From NCBI GenBank assembly GCA_028276785.1, contig JAPYVP010000001.1:30001-62000 (forward strand): DNA of 32,000 nucleotides, written 5' to 3'. A program made the position numbers and the translations under genes. A model generated the notes under the pieces. The model saw nothing but the letters and a program-made list of their open reading frames with translations, searched no databases and was not told where the DNA came from. Positions within the stretch are counted from its first letter, which is position 1. Each line of letters opens with the position of its first letter. The stretch is from Candidatus Nanopusillus sp. Lineage in GTDB: Archaea > Nanobdellota > Nanobdellia > Nanobdellales > Nanobdellaceae. This document shows, piece by piece, positions 1 to 9,100 of the stretch.

Positions 1-2
1 AA

Positions 3-524
3 AAAGGAGGAAAAAAAGATATAAATAATATATTAGCGTTTATTATATCAACTTCTGCATCATTTTTATTAACAACATTTACTGGTTTTGTTTTATATAC
101 ACAATATTTTGTAGCTTTTATAGTTTCAAAGATTCTAGTATTATTTTTCTTTATACTTATAACAGCTTTCTTAACAAATGGTAAAATATTCGAATTAATG
201 GAAAAAGGAATGTTTTCTGGTGAAGGAAAACGAGGTAGTGCCAGACTTATACCACCAATAATGCTAATAATATTTATTATTGTATTTGCTTTATTATCAA
301 TGTATTATGCATATCAAGATTATTTTTTATCAATAACCTTTGGTACATCTCCACAAGCACAAATTTATACAATAACTTTTAATCCTTATATATTATTTGC
401 AATGATGTTCTTTATTTTAATAGGAATATTTTTGATATTCTCTAGTACTGGTTTTAGTTCTGAAGGTGGAAAAGGATCTGAAAAACAGGAAGCAAAAGGT
501 GGGGATAAAGGAAAATCACAATAA
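3..524 (+). CDS. Small multi-pass membrane protein, probably 5'-truncated by the window edge (alternative start at M198)
   Basis: The frame is open from nt 3, with no in-frame ATG/GTG/TTG before 198. The upstream translation (LAFIISTSASFLLTTFTGFVLYTQYFVAFIVSKILVLFFFILITAF) looks like TM helices, as do two segments after M198. The C-terminal tail is Gly/Lys/Glu-rich. No family recognised. Confidence 0.5.
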   Translation, partial: KGGKKDINNILAFIISTSASFLLTTFTGFVLYTQYFVAFIVSKILVLFFFILITAFLTNGKIFELMEKGMFSGEGKRGSARLIPPIMLIIFIIVFALLSMYYAYQDYFLSITFGTSPQAQIYTITFNPYILFAMMFFILIGIFLIFSSTGFSSEGGKGSEKQEAKGGDKGKSQ

Positions 525-1214
525 TTATTTTTTTATTTCTTCAACTATGCAATCATCTCCACATAATTTTCCTATATCTGAATAAAATTCTGATAACAAT
601 CCAATTGGGATTTCTAATATTGCTTCATAAGTTTCATCCCAGCTCTCTTTTATAATTTTATATTTATTTTTTATTATTCCTATTATTTTAAATCTATTTG
701 GATATACTATAAGTTTTATATTTTTATATTCTACTTTTAATGGATATTTTTTTCTTATTTCTTTTAAAACTTCTTCAGCTTGCTTTTCTACTGGTTTATT
801 TATATCTACATTATATTTTATCATTTCAAATAGTTCTTTAGCTCTTTCATATGTTAATGGCATGTTATTTTTACTATCATATGCTATTTTTCTTATATAT
901 TCAATAATTTGTTTTTTCTTTTCTTCAATTAATTCTCTCTTATATTCTGTTGGTAATGGAATTTCAGAATTTTCTAATATTTCTTTAGCAATTTCAAGAA
1001 TATCTGTAGTTCCGAAAGCTTTCTTTAAAGATTCGCTTGATGCCCTTTCTCCCTTTTTAGAATCTTTAAAAATTTCTTCTACAGCTAATACTTCTCTTAT
1101 ATCTTTTATTTTTCCTTCTTTATATTCAAAAGCCTTTCTTAAATATACAATTATCTCAAAATTATAACCTTCTTTCTTATATTTTATACTTATTTCTGTA
1201 TCTTTATTCTTCAT
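525..1214 (-). CDS. sdo1: SBDS/Sdo1-family ribosome maturation protein
   Basis: 229 aa. The N-terminal FYSH-like region (FEIIVYLRKAFEYKEGKIKDIREVLAVEEIFKDSKKGERASSESLKKAFGTTD) is typical of archaeal SBDS. It sits directly downstream of psmA with an 11-nt overlap, as in the archaeal exosome/proteasome superoperon. Confidence 0.8.
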   Translation of the reverse strand: MKNKDTEISIKYKKEGYNFEIIVYLRKAFEYKEGKIKDIREVLAVEEIFKDSKKGERASSESLKKAFGTTDILEIAKEILENSEIPLPTEYKRELIEEKKKQIIEYIRKIAYDSKNNMPLTYERAKELFEMIKYNVDINKPVEKQAEEVLKEIRKKYPLKVEYKNIKLIVYPNRFKIIGIIKNKYKIIKESWDETYEAILEIPIGLLSEFYSDIGKLCGDDCIVEEIKK

Positions 1215-1920
1215 ATAGTTCTTTTACTTTATGATTTTCAAGTGTTCTAACTTTTTCACCTCTCTTCACATAGGACAATATTAATCTCTCATATGCAAAA
1301 TTATTTCCCAAATATTCTTTTAATACATCTATTCCAAATTTAATTGCTTCATTTAAATCCATTTCTTTATATCTTTCTTCTAATATTGGTGTAATCTTAT
1401 CTTCACCCTCTCCAATTACAACAGCTTTATATCTATAGAATATTCCAGAAGGATCTAATGAAAACAATTTTGGTTCACCATCTTTATCTATCCCACCAAT
1501 TATTAATGATACGGCAAAAGGTCTTATACCACCGAATCTTGTATAAGATTGCATTATATCACTTATTTCCCTTACTAATAATTCTATATCTATTTGTTTT
1601 CCATATTGTAGTTTATGTTGTTGAGCAATTTCTCTTGCATAATCTATTAGTACTCTACCATCTGGTATGAATCCAGAAAATGTTCCAATTATGTGATCAT
1701 CAATTTCCATAATTTTTTCAATAGAATCTGTTATAATTAGTTTGCTTGGAATTTTTTTATCTGCAATTATTAATATACCATCTGTTGCACATATTCCAAT
1801 TGCTGTTGATCCAGCCTTTGCAGCTTGTTTTGCATATTCTACTAATATCAATTTTCCTTCTGGTGAAAATATTGTCCACCCCCTATCCATTGGTCCAAAA
1901 TGCCCAATATCAGTTTCCAT
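1204..1920 (-). CDS. psmA: Proteasome subunit alpha
   Basis: 238 aa. Carries the alpha-subunit N-terminal signature DRGWTIFSPEGKLILVEYA (compare [20 protein letters not shown]) followed by an Ntn-fold body. Confidence 0.92.
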   Translation of the reverse strand: METDIGHFGPMDRGWTIFSPEGKLILVEYAKQAAKAGSTAIGICATDGILIIADKKIPSKLIITDSIEKIMEIDDHIIGTFSGFIPDGRVLIDYAREIAQQHKLQYGKQIDIELLVREISDIMQSYTRFGGIRPFAVSLIIGGIDKDGEPKLFSLDPSGIFYRYKAVVIGEGEDKITPILEERYKEMDLNEAIKFGIDVLKEYLGNNFAYERLILSYVKRGEKVRTLENHKVKELYEE

Positions 1921-1931
1921 AAAGATAAGGT

Positions 1932-2210
1932 TTAAGATATATTTAAAAAAGATTTTGCACCTTTTAATGTTTTAAATATTTTAAAATTTTTTATATTTTG
2001 TAAATATAATAAAAAAATTATTTTGTACAAATGTTTTTTGTTCAGAGATATAATTATTTTTTTATTTATTTCTATTTTATTTAAGTGTAAATCATAATAA
2101 TTTATATATCCAAAATATTTAATAAAATCATTTTTTAATTTATTTTCATCAAAAAAATCTATCAAAATATATCTATTTTTGACTTTTAGCGCCTTTGGTA
2201 GTATTACCAT
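1932..2210 (-). CDS. rnp2: Short Pop5/Rpp14-like RNase P protein component 2 (candidate)
   Basis: 92 aa. The N-terminus LPKALKVKNRYILIDF matches the Pop5 LPPTLRxKxRYIxF motif. IIISLNKKHLYKIIFLLYL matches GIIRCDRNHVYDVIFSLTL, and the C-terminal KIFKTLKGAKSF matches VLGVSGTIKRLKRKF, both recalled from Pyrococcus Pop5. It holds the conserved position upstream of psmA. The alignment was done from memory, not computed. Confidence 0.55.
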   Translation of the reverse strand: MVILPKALKVKNRYILIDFFDENKLKNDFIKYFGYINYYDLHLNKIEINKKIIISLNKKHLYKIIFLLYLQNIKNFKIFKTLKGAKSFLNIS

Positions 2211-3130
2211 TCTTCAACACTATTCATTTTTGCTTCAATATCTTTAAGATTCAATTTTTCTAACATCTCTTTATATCTATTTCTTATTGTAACTTCAGTT
2301 ATTCCAGCAACTTCTGCTATATCCTTTTGTGTCTTTTGTATTCCATGCTTTACACATGCTAAATATATTGCAGCTGCGGCAACCCCTGCTGGACCTCTAC
2401 CTGCAGTTATATCAGATTCTTTTGCTTTATTAACTATTTCTATTGCTGTAGATACGACTTCTGGTGGTAAGTTTAATAATGATGAAAATCTATGTACATA
2501 TTCTGTAACATCTATTGGTTGTATTTTTATCTTTAATGCTTGTAATAAGTGTTTGTATGTTCTTCCTAATTCCTTTTTATGTATGTTTGATGCTTTAACT
2601 ATTTCATCTATTGTTCTTGCAACATCATGCAATCTACATGCTATATATGTACAAGCAGCAATAACTGTTTCTACAGATCTTCCCCTAATTAATCCTCTTT
2701 CAACAGCATCTAAATATAATTTTAATGCCGTTTCTTCTACTTGTTTTGGCAATTGTAAGAATGAAGAAATTCTTCTTAACTCTTGTTGTGCTAATTTTAA
2801 ATTTCTTTCATAAGAACTTGTGGATCTCTGTTGCCATTTTTTCAGTTTTCTGGATAATGAGACATCTTCATCTTCTGATTCTGCCTTTCCAATTTCTGTT
2901 GATATCATACTTGGTATATTGGTATATCTCATTGCACTACCAGTTCTTGATAATTTTTCTGCATCTTCTGAATTTATTGTCCTGTATTCTTTTCCTAGAT
3001 ATGGAACTTCCTCAATTACATAGCCACATTTTGCACATACTAACTCTGCTGTCTTTTCATTGTATATAAATTCTGTACTTCCACATGCTGGACATTTCAA
3101 TTCTGGGTTTTTTATAAGCTTCTGGACCAT
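2204..3130 (-). CDS. tfb: Transcription initiation factor IIB (TFB)
   Basis: 308 aa. N-terminal Zn ribbon CPACGS...CAKCG followed by two cyclin-like repeats (RGRSVETVIAACTYIACR, GRGPAGVAAAAIYLAC). Its stop overlaps the Pop5-like start by 7 nt. Confidence 0.95.
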   Translation of the reverse strand: MVQKLIKNPELKCPACGSTEFIYNEKTAELVCAKCGYVIEEVPYLGKEYRTINSEDAEKLSRTGSAMRYTNIPSMISTEIGKAESEDEDVSLSRKLKKWQQRSTSSYERNLKLAQQELRRISSFLQLPKQVEETALKLYLDAVERGLIRGRSVETVIAACTYIACRLHDVARTIDEIVKASNIHKKELGRTYKHLLQALKIKIQPIDVTEYVHRFSSLLNLPPEVVSTAIEIVNKAKESDITAGRGPAGVAAAAIYLACVKHGIQKTQKDIAEVAGITEVTIRNRYKEMLEKLNLKDIEAKMNSVEEW

Positions 3131-3151
3131 AATAAATTTTTAAATATTATG

Positions 3152-3159
3152 TTTATAAA
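3152..3159 (-). promoter_or_regulatory. Candidate TATA box for the tfb transcription unit
   Basis: TTTATAAA lies 22-29 nt upstream of the tfb ATG on the minus strand, preceded by a purine-rich BRE-like AAAAGG. The AT-rich background lowers specificity. Confidence 0.35.
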
Positions 3160-3227
3160 GTTAACCTTTTAAGCATTATCAATTTTTTACTATTGATCAA
3201 TGAATATAATCCTTAATAATTTTTATA

Positions 3228-4193
3228 TCATTTTGTTAGGACATCAAATTGCTTTCTTATCCATATTATAGAAAATATAGCTAGAGAAAATATTATTACT
3301 TCTATTGGAGTAAATATTATTGAAAATATTGGTAATAGGGCAATAGTTACAATAGATGCAATATAAAATGGTGTATTTGATAATATTAATACATCTCCAA
3401 TAAATTTATTGGAATATACATATCCCCTTCTGATTGATAAGTATGGAGATAATAATATTCCTATTGGTATTATTGATGTGTATGTAAAGAAGAATAAGAA
3501 ATTAAAGAAATAGTAAACAAAACCATATAATAGTGTTGAATAATATGATATATATTTTATTGATGAATATATTATCCACAATAATATTATAGAAATTAGA
3601 AATATCCTTAATAATTCATCATTTCTTACTTCTATATTTTTACTTCTTCCAAGTCTTTTATATTCTATTATTATTGGTTTCATGGAAAATACCACTGGAA
3701 CAAATAATCCAAGTGTAAGTATTGATATTATAATTGTAATTATATAACTTAGATTATGTCTCTTTATATATGTGAAATTTAGTTTTTCACTCTTTGAACT
3801 CTTTATTTTCAGTTGTTTTATATAATTATAAAAGAACAATATTACAAAAATAGATATCATGACGTATAAAAATAAGTTATGTCTAAATATAAAAAACAAA
3901 ATTATTTCCAAAATAATTAATAGATAATAAAAAAATGTATAAGATTCTTTTTTATAAAATGATATTTTTAATTCTGCAATTACATTATCTAGATAAATAT
4001 ATAAACCATAAAAGGATGAAACTAAATTAAATACAAATAAAAATATAAAATATGAAATTATTGTATAAATTGTTGAGAAAAATAAATTACTTAATCCAAT
4101 AAATAAATTATCCCAATGATTAAAAGATAGAAAAAAACCTACAATTATTAAATAATATATTATTCTTCTATCTATTTTTATATATTCAAACAT
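3228..4193 (-). CDS. Polytopic integral membrane protein, unknown function
   Basis: 321 aa, almost entirely hydrophobic helices (about 9 by eye) with short Lys/Arg loops. No family recognised. Confidence 0.6.
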   Translation of the reverse strand: MFEYIKIDRRIIYYLIIVGFFLSFNHWDNLFIGLSNLFFSTIYTIISYFIFLFVFNLVSSFYGLYIYLDNVIAELKISFYKKESYTFFYYLLIILEIILFFIFRHNLFLYVMISIFVILFFYNYIKQLKIKSSKSEKLNFTYIKRHNLSYIITIIISILTLGLFVPVVFSMKPIIIEYKRLGRSKNIEVRNDELLRIFLISIILLWIIYSSIKYISYYSTLLYGFVYYFFNFLFFFTYTSIIPIGILLSPYLSIRRGYVYSNKFIGDVLILSNTPFYIASIVTIALLPIFSIIFTPIEVIIFSLAIFSIIWIRKQFDVLTK

Positions 4194-4216
4194 ATTTCAT
4201 CTTTTTATTTTTTAAC

Positions 4217-4224
4217 TTTATAAA
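4217..4224 (-). promoter_or_regulatory. Candidate TATA box for membrane-protein gene 3228..4193
   Basis: Palindromic TTTATAAA lies exactly 24-31 nt upstream of the minus-strand ATG at 4193. It is only 8 nt from the lon ATG, so it is wrongly placed to serve lon. Confidence 0.35.
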
Positions 4225-4231
4225 ATATATT

Positions 4232-6094
4232 ATGTCTGAAAATAGAATAATTTCTATAAAGGACCTGTATAATATATTCAAATTTAAAACCACGGAAGAA
4301 ATAAGTGTACCTGAAAAAATATCAGAGCAAATTATTGGACAAGATAAAGCATTGGACATAATTAGAAAAGCTGCTAAACAGAGAAGGCATGTTTTATTGA
4401 TAGGAGATCCAGGTACTGGTAAATCTATGTTAGCACAGGCATTAGCAGAAATATTATCAGAAGATAAAGAACAAGTTAAAAATCTAGAAGATATACTCGT
4501 ATTTCCAAATCCAAATGATGAATATCAACCAATAATAAAAACAGTTCCAATGGGGACTGGTAAAAAGATTGTAGAAGAAATGAGAAAGAGAGTATTAGAG
4601 CAAACAAAGATGTTTAGATATTTTTATATTTTATTATTACTTATATCAGCATTTACTCCAATGTACTTTTACTATGCAGGAAATTATATAATGGCCGGTG
4701 CAACATTTATTGGATTTATGATTTTAATGGCAAGTTTGTCTTTTTCTTTTCAAGTAGTGCAAAGGCAAATAATGAAAAATATACCAAAATTATTAGTAGA
4801 TAATTCAAATAGAACTTCTGTACCATTTGTAGATGCAACAGGTGCATTTGAAGGTATGTTATTTGGGGATGTATTACATGATCCATTCCAATCTGGAGGT
4901 CTTGAAACCCCACCACATCAAAGAGTAATTGCAGGTGCAATACATAAGGCAAATAAAGGTGTATTGTTTATAGATGAGGTTGGAACATTAAGACCAGAGG
5001 TTCAGATAGAATTATTATCTGTTTTACAAGAAAAGAAATATCCAATATTTGGAAGATCTGAGAGATCTGCTGGTGCTATGGTAAGAACTACACCAGCCCC
5101 TGCTGATTTTGTATTAGTGGCAGCTGGAAATTTAGAAACATTGGAAAAATTACATCCGGCATTTAGATCAAGAATAAGAGGATATGGATATGAAGTATTT
5201 ATGAATTCTGAAATATTATTTACTGAAGAAAGTGCAAATAAATTTGCCCAATTTGTTGCACAAGAAGTTAAAAAGACAGGTAATATACCACATTTTACAA
5301 AGGAAGCTGTAATAGAAGTTATTAGGGAAGCACAAAGAAGATCTGGAAGAAAAAGTTATTTAACATTGAGATTAAGAGATTTGGGTGGATTGGTAAGATT
5401 GGCAGGAGATATTGCGAAGGCAAAAGGAAAAAAATATGTAGAATCTGAAGATGTTATAGAAGCAAGAGAAAAAGCATTAACAATTGAAGAACAATTATCT
5501 AAATACTATATTGAAAAAAAGAAAGAATATCAAATAATAAAAACTGAGGGATATGAAATTGGAAGGGTAAATGGTTTAGCGGTAATTGGATCAAGATTAT
5601 ATTATTCAGGATTGGTATTACCTGTCGAAGCAGAAGTTGTACCTGGAGAAGGTAGTAAGGAAATTATTGCAACAGGAAATTTGGGAAAAATTGCAAAGGA
5701 AGCAATAGTAAATGTATCTGCAGTAATAAAAAAGAAATTTGGAGAAGATTTGAAGAAATATAGAGTTCATGTTCAATTTTTGCAAACATATGAAGGTGTA
5801 GAAGGAGATTCAGCTTCAATAACTGTTGCAACTGCAATAATATCTGCATTAAAAAATTGGCCGGTAAGACAAGATTTGGCAATGACAGGTTCTTTATCAA
5901 TAAGGGGGGAAGTATTACCTGTTGGTGGTATAATAGCAAAAATAGAAGCAGCTATAGAATCTAAATTAAAAGAAGTTATAGTACCTGAAGGTAATTATAA
6001 TGATATACCAGAAGATCTATTTGATAAAATAAGGATAACACCTGTAAAAACAATAGATGAAGTTATAGAAATTGCAACTGGTAGAAATATTTAA
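4232..6094 (+). CDS. lon: Archaeal membrane-anchored Lon protease (LonB type)
   Basis: 620 aa. Walker A GDPGTGKS and Walker B VLFIDEV, with a two-helix TM insertion between them ([21 protein letters not shown]...[15 protein letters not shown]). The C-terminal Ser-Lys protease domain has [10 protein letters not shown] and [10 protein letters not shown]. Confidence 0.93.
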   Translation: MSENRIISIKDLYNIFKFKTTEEISVPEKISEQIIGQDKALDIIRKAAKQRRHVLLIGDPGTGKSMLAQALAEILSEDKEQVKNLEDILVFPNPNDEYQPIIKTVPMGTGKKIVEEMRKRVLEQTKMFRYFYILLLLISAFTPMYFYYAGNYIMAGATFIGFMILMASLSFSFQVVQRQIMKNIPKLLVDNSNRTSVPFVDATGAFEGMLFGDVLHDPFQSGGLETPPHQRVIAGAIHKANKGVLFIDEVGTLRPEVQIELLSVLQEKKYPIFGRSERSAGAMVRTTPAPADFVLVAAGNLETLEKLHPAFRSRIRGYGYEVFMNSEILFTEESANKFAQFVAQEVKKTGNIPHFTKEAVIEVIREAQRRSGRKSYLTLRLRDLGGLVRLAGDIAKAKGKKYVESEDVIEAREKALTIEEQLSKYYIEKKKEYQIIKTEGYEIGRVNGLAVIGSRLYYSGLVLPVEAEVVPGEGSKEIIATGNLGKIAKEAIVNVSAVIKKKFGEDLKKYRVHVQFLQTYEGVEGDSASITVATAIISALKNWPVRQDLAMTGSLSIRGEVLPVGGIIAKIEAAIESKLKEVIVPEGNYNDIPEDLFDKIRITPVKTIDEVIEIATGRNI

Positions 6095-6118
6095 AAGTTT
6101 TTTTATAAATGAATCTTT

Positions 6119-9100
6119 ATGAAAAAGATATATTTGCTATCATTTCTCTTGTTTTCATTATATTCAATATTTTCTCAAGGGTATAATATATGGCATTCAG
6201 AATATTTATATAAACCAACAGCATTTTTAAGTATAAATTTATTAAATAATAATTTATCTGTAGGTCAAACATTATATTATAATGTATATATAAATTATAG
6301 AGATATTTATTATATACCAAATGCATCATTAGTAATACAAATAATACAAAAAACCGATAATAATGGTATCTACCCATTCCAATTTACATCAAATAATCAA
6401 GTATATGAATATGTTATAAAAAACATATATTTACAACCAGGAGAATCTTTAAATATACAATTAAATTATACAATTCCGGATAATCTACCTTCCGGATATT
6501 ATTATGTTGTTGCATATTTGTACACACCTTTAAGCGAAATAGATGGTTTACCATTTATATATTATCCAGGAGTATATAAAGAATTTTATGTAAATAATCC
6601 AAATAATGTTCCGGAAATTTATATTATAAAAGATCATACATATTTAAGTTCTTCTGCAATATATACATGGGGTAGTTTATTATCATCATCAGGATATTAT
6701 TATTCTTCATTAAGTGGACCTACTGGTTATGGTGTTTCAAATTATATTAATTTAACAGTTGGTATATATTCAAGTATAGATACTAATGCTACTTTGAATA
6801 TTTTAATATCCCCATGGGATGATATTCTATATGATCCAATATATAATTATACTGAGGATATACAATTAAAGGAAGGATATAATACAATAAATATTCCATA
6901 TATAAATGTTGCAATATTGAATCCAAATGCATATTCATTAAAAATAAGTTTACTATATAATAATCAAACAAAATCTATATATAGATTAAGATTTATTGTT
7001 CTAGGTCCAACAACAAGATTGGGAGGTGTATATTTACAGGGTAACGGAAATTTAACATTTATAGTAGCCCCATCTCCAGATCATTATACATATCCAGTTA
7101 CTCCAAATGTAGTGGCAGAAGTATATTCAAATATACTTGGATTTAAAGAGAATATACAATTGGGAAATATAAGTTGGAATAATACTAAATTTACTTATGT
7201 AAATCTAAAGTTACCATTAAATTCTACCAGCTTTGATTTATGTATAAACTTATATTCTAATAATAATTTCTTGAATAATAATTTAAATTATGGTTATTGT
7301 ACATATTATTTCATAAATAAATCAAATACTTATGGAATTCCATTAGATAATTTAATTTATGTAAACTATACAAATAATTACTTCTACATATGTTCAAATA
7401 TTTCTGGAATATTAAATATAGGATACAATTCTGAATCAAACATAATATATACTACAAGTATAAATAATAATTGTTTAAATTATACATTGGATAATGGGGT
7501 TTACTATATTTCTTTCTATTCATCTCAATATTCAAATCAATGGGTAATAGATAATACAGTAATGCAAATTCCATATAATAAAAGTATAAACCAAACCCAA
7601 CCAATAAATAATGTACAAAACAATTATAATTATCCAAACTATTATTTAATAATATTAATAATTTTTGCTGTAATAATATTATTTATGATATTGAGAAGAA
7701 AAAAATTATTTATCTTTGCATTAGTTTTATTACCACTATTATTTAATGTAAATTCTCAGGAACTATATTTAAGTACAAGCCAAATATGTACACCATCAGA
7801 TTCATTAAATATAACAACAAGAGGATTTAATGGATCTGTAACAGTTTCTTATAAGTTTTATAATTCATCTAATGTTTCACAAATTTTCGCAAGTGGTAAT
7901 TATAGTTATTCAGGAAGTAATATATCTATTTATAATTATACAGTATACTTTAATAATTTACCATTAAATTTACCAAATAATATAAATTCTGCAATAATAA
8001 ATTATAATATAACTGTTAAAAATTGTACATCATCCAATTGTAGCCAATATTATTATAATGGATCAATATATTTAAATTATCCATATTATTTTGAATATTA
8101 TGCAAACCCCATATATCAAGGATCAAATGATGCTGGACGAATAATTCCAGGTTGTCCTTCTTCAAGTAGGTTATTAAATAGTACATACTTTAACTTTACA
8201 TTAATTTTTCCAAATGGAACGAGTGTAGTTACTAGAACAAATTGTCCTGGATCGGGAGATTCATACTGGGGTCAAAATTTATGTGATTTATATTTAAGTG
8301 ATTATACTAACGATGCTGGAAATTATACATATTATGGAAGATATTATTATAACAATATATCATTTAATCAATCATTTATTAATAATCCATTACAAGTATT
8401 AGTAGCCAATTCTGGAGAATTTACTACTCAATCATGTTCTCATGCATGGACAATAACCAGTGTTAGTTCAAATCCTATGTCTATATACTTTTCATATTAT
8501 GGACCATATTCAGGATCATATTATACATATTATAATGGAATATATGTTTTAGCGCAGAATACTTCTGTAGGATTTAATGTAAGTAGTGGATATAACATTT
8601 TGTGTAGTGATGGTGTTACAAGAAATAATATACCTTCTGTTGTTGCTTGGTTATATAGTTCAAATCAATATTATAATCCAAGTTCTTTCCAATATGTACA
8701 AGGTATATCGAATCTTCCATTTAATTTCACACAATACGGTATAAGTAGAAATATTGTTTATAATATATATCCAAATAAAGGATTATTAATATCAAAAAAT
8801 TTCCCATCTGGAGATTCTTACTTTACTTTGTATAATTTTAGTAATAATGCTGGTTATTATGTAATATATAGAGATTATATAAAAACAATATGTGATAATC
8901 CGGTGAATTATATATGTGATGCAAATGGAAATTTGTGTAATATTAGTTATATAACTGGACAGGCACAAGGATGGTTACCAATATCTCCAGAACCCGGATA
9001 TTATTTATTAGTAATAAATCCAAATGCTACTGTATACTTACAAAATGTAACGTATTATCCATATATTTACAATGTAGATCCAGGTGTTGCAATTTATATC

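Noticed and set aside
3228-4193. The 321-aa membrane protein considered as the missing prepilin peptidase (A24), based on IDRRII near the N-terminus and FIGDVLIL resembling GxGD.
   Set aside because: The first Asp precedes TM1 rather than following it, the second motif lacks the Gly-x-Gly context, and the size and helix count do not fit FlaK/PibD. The evidence is too weak without a profile search.
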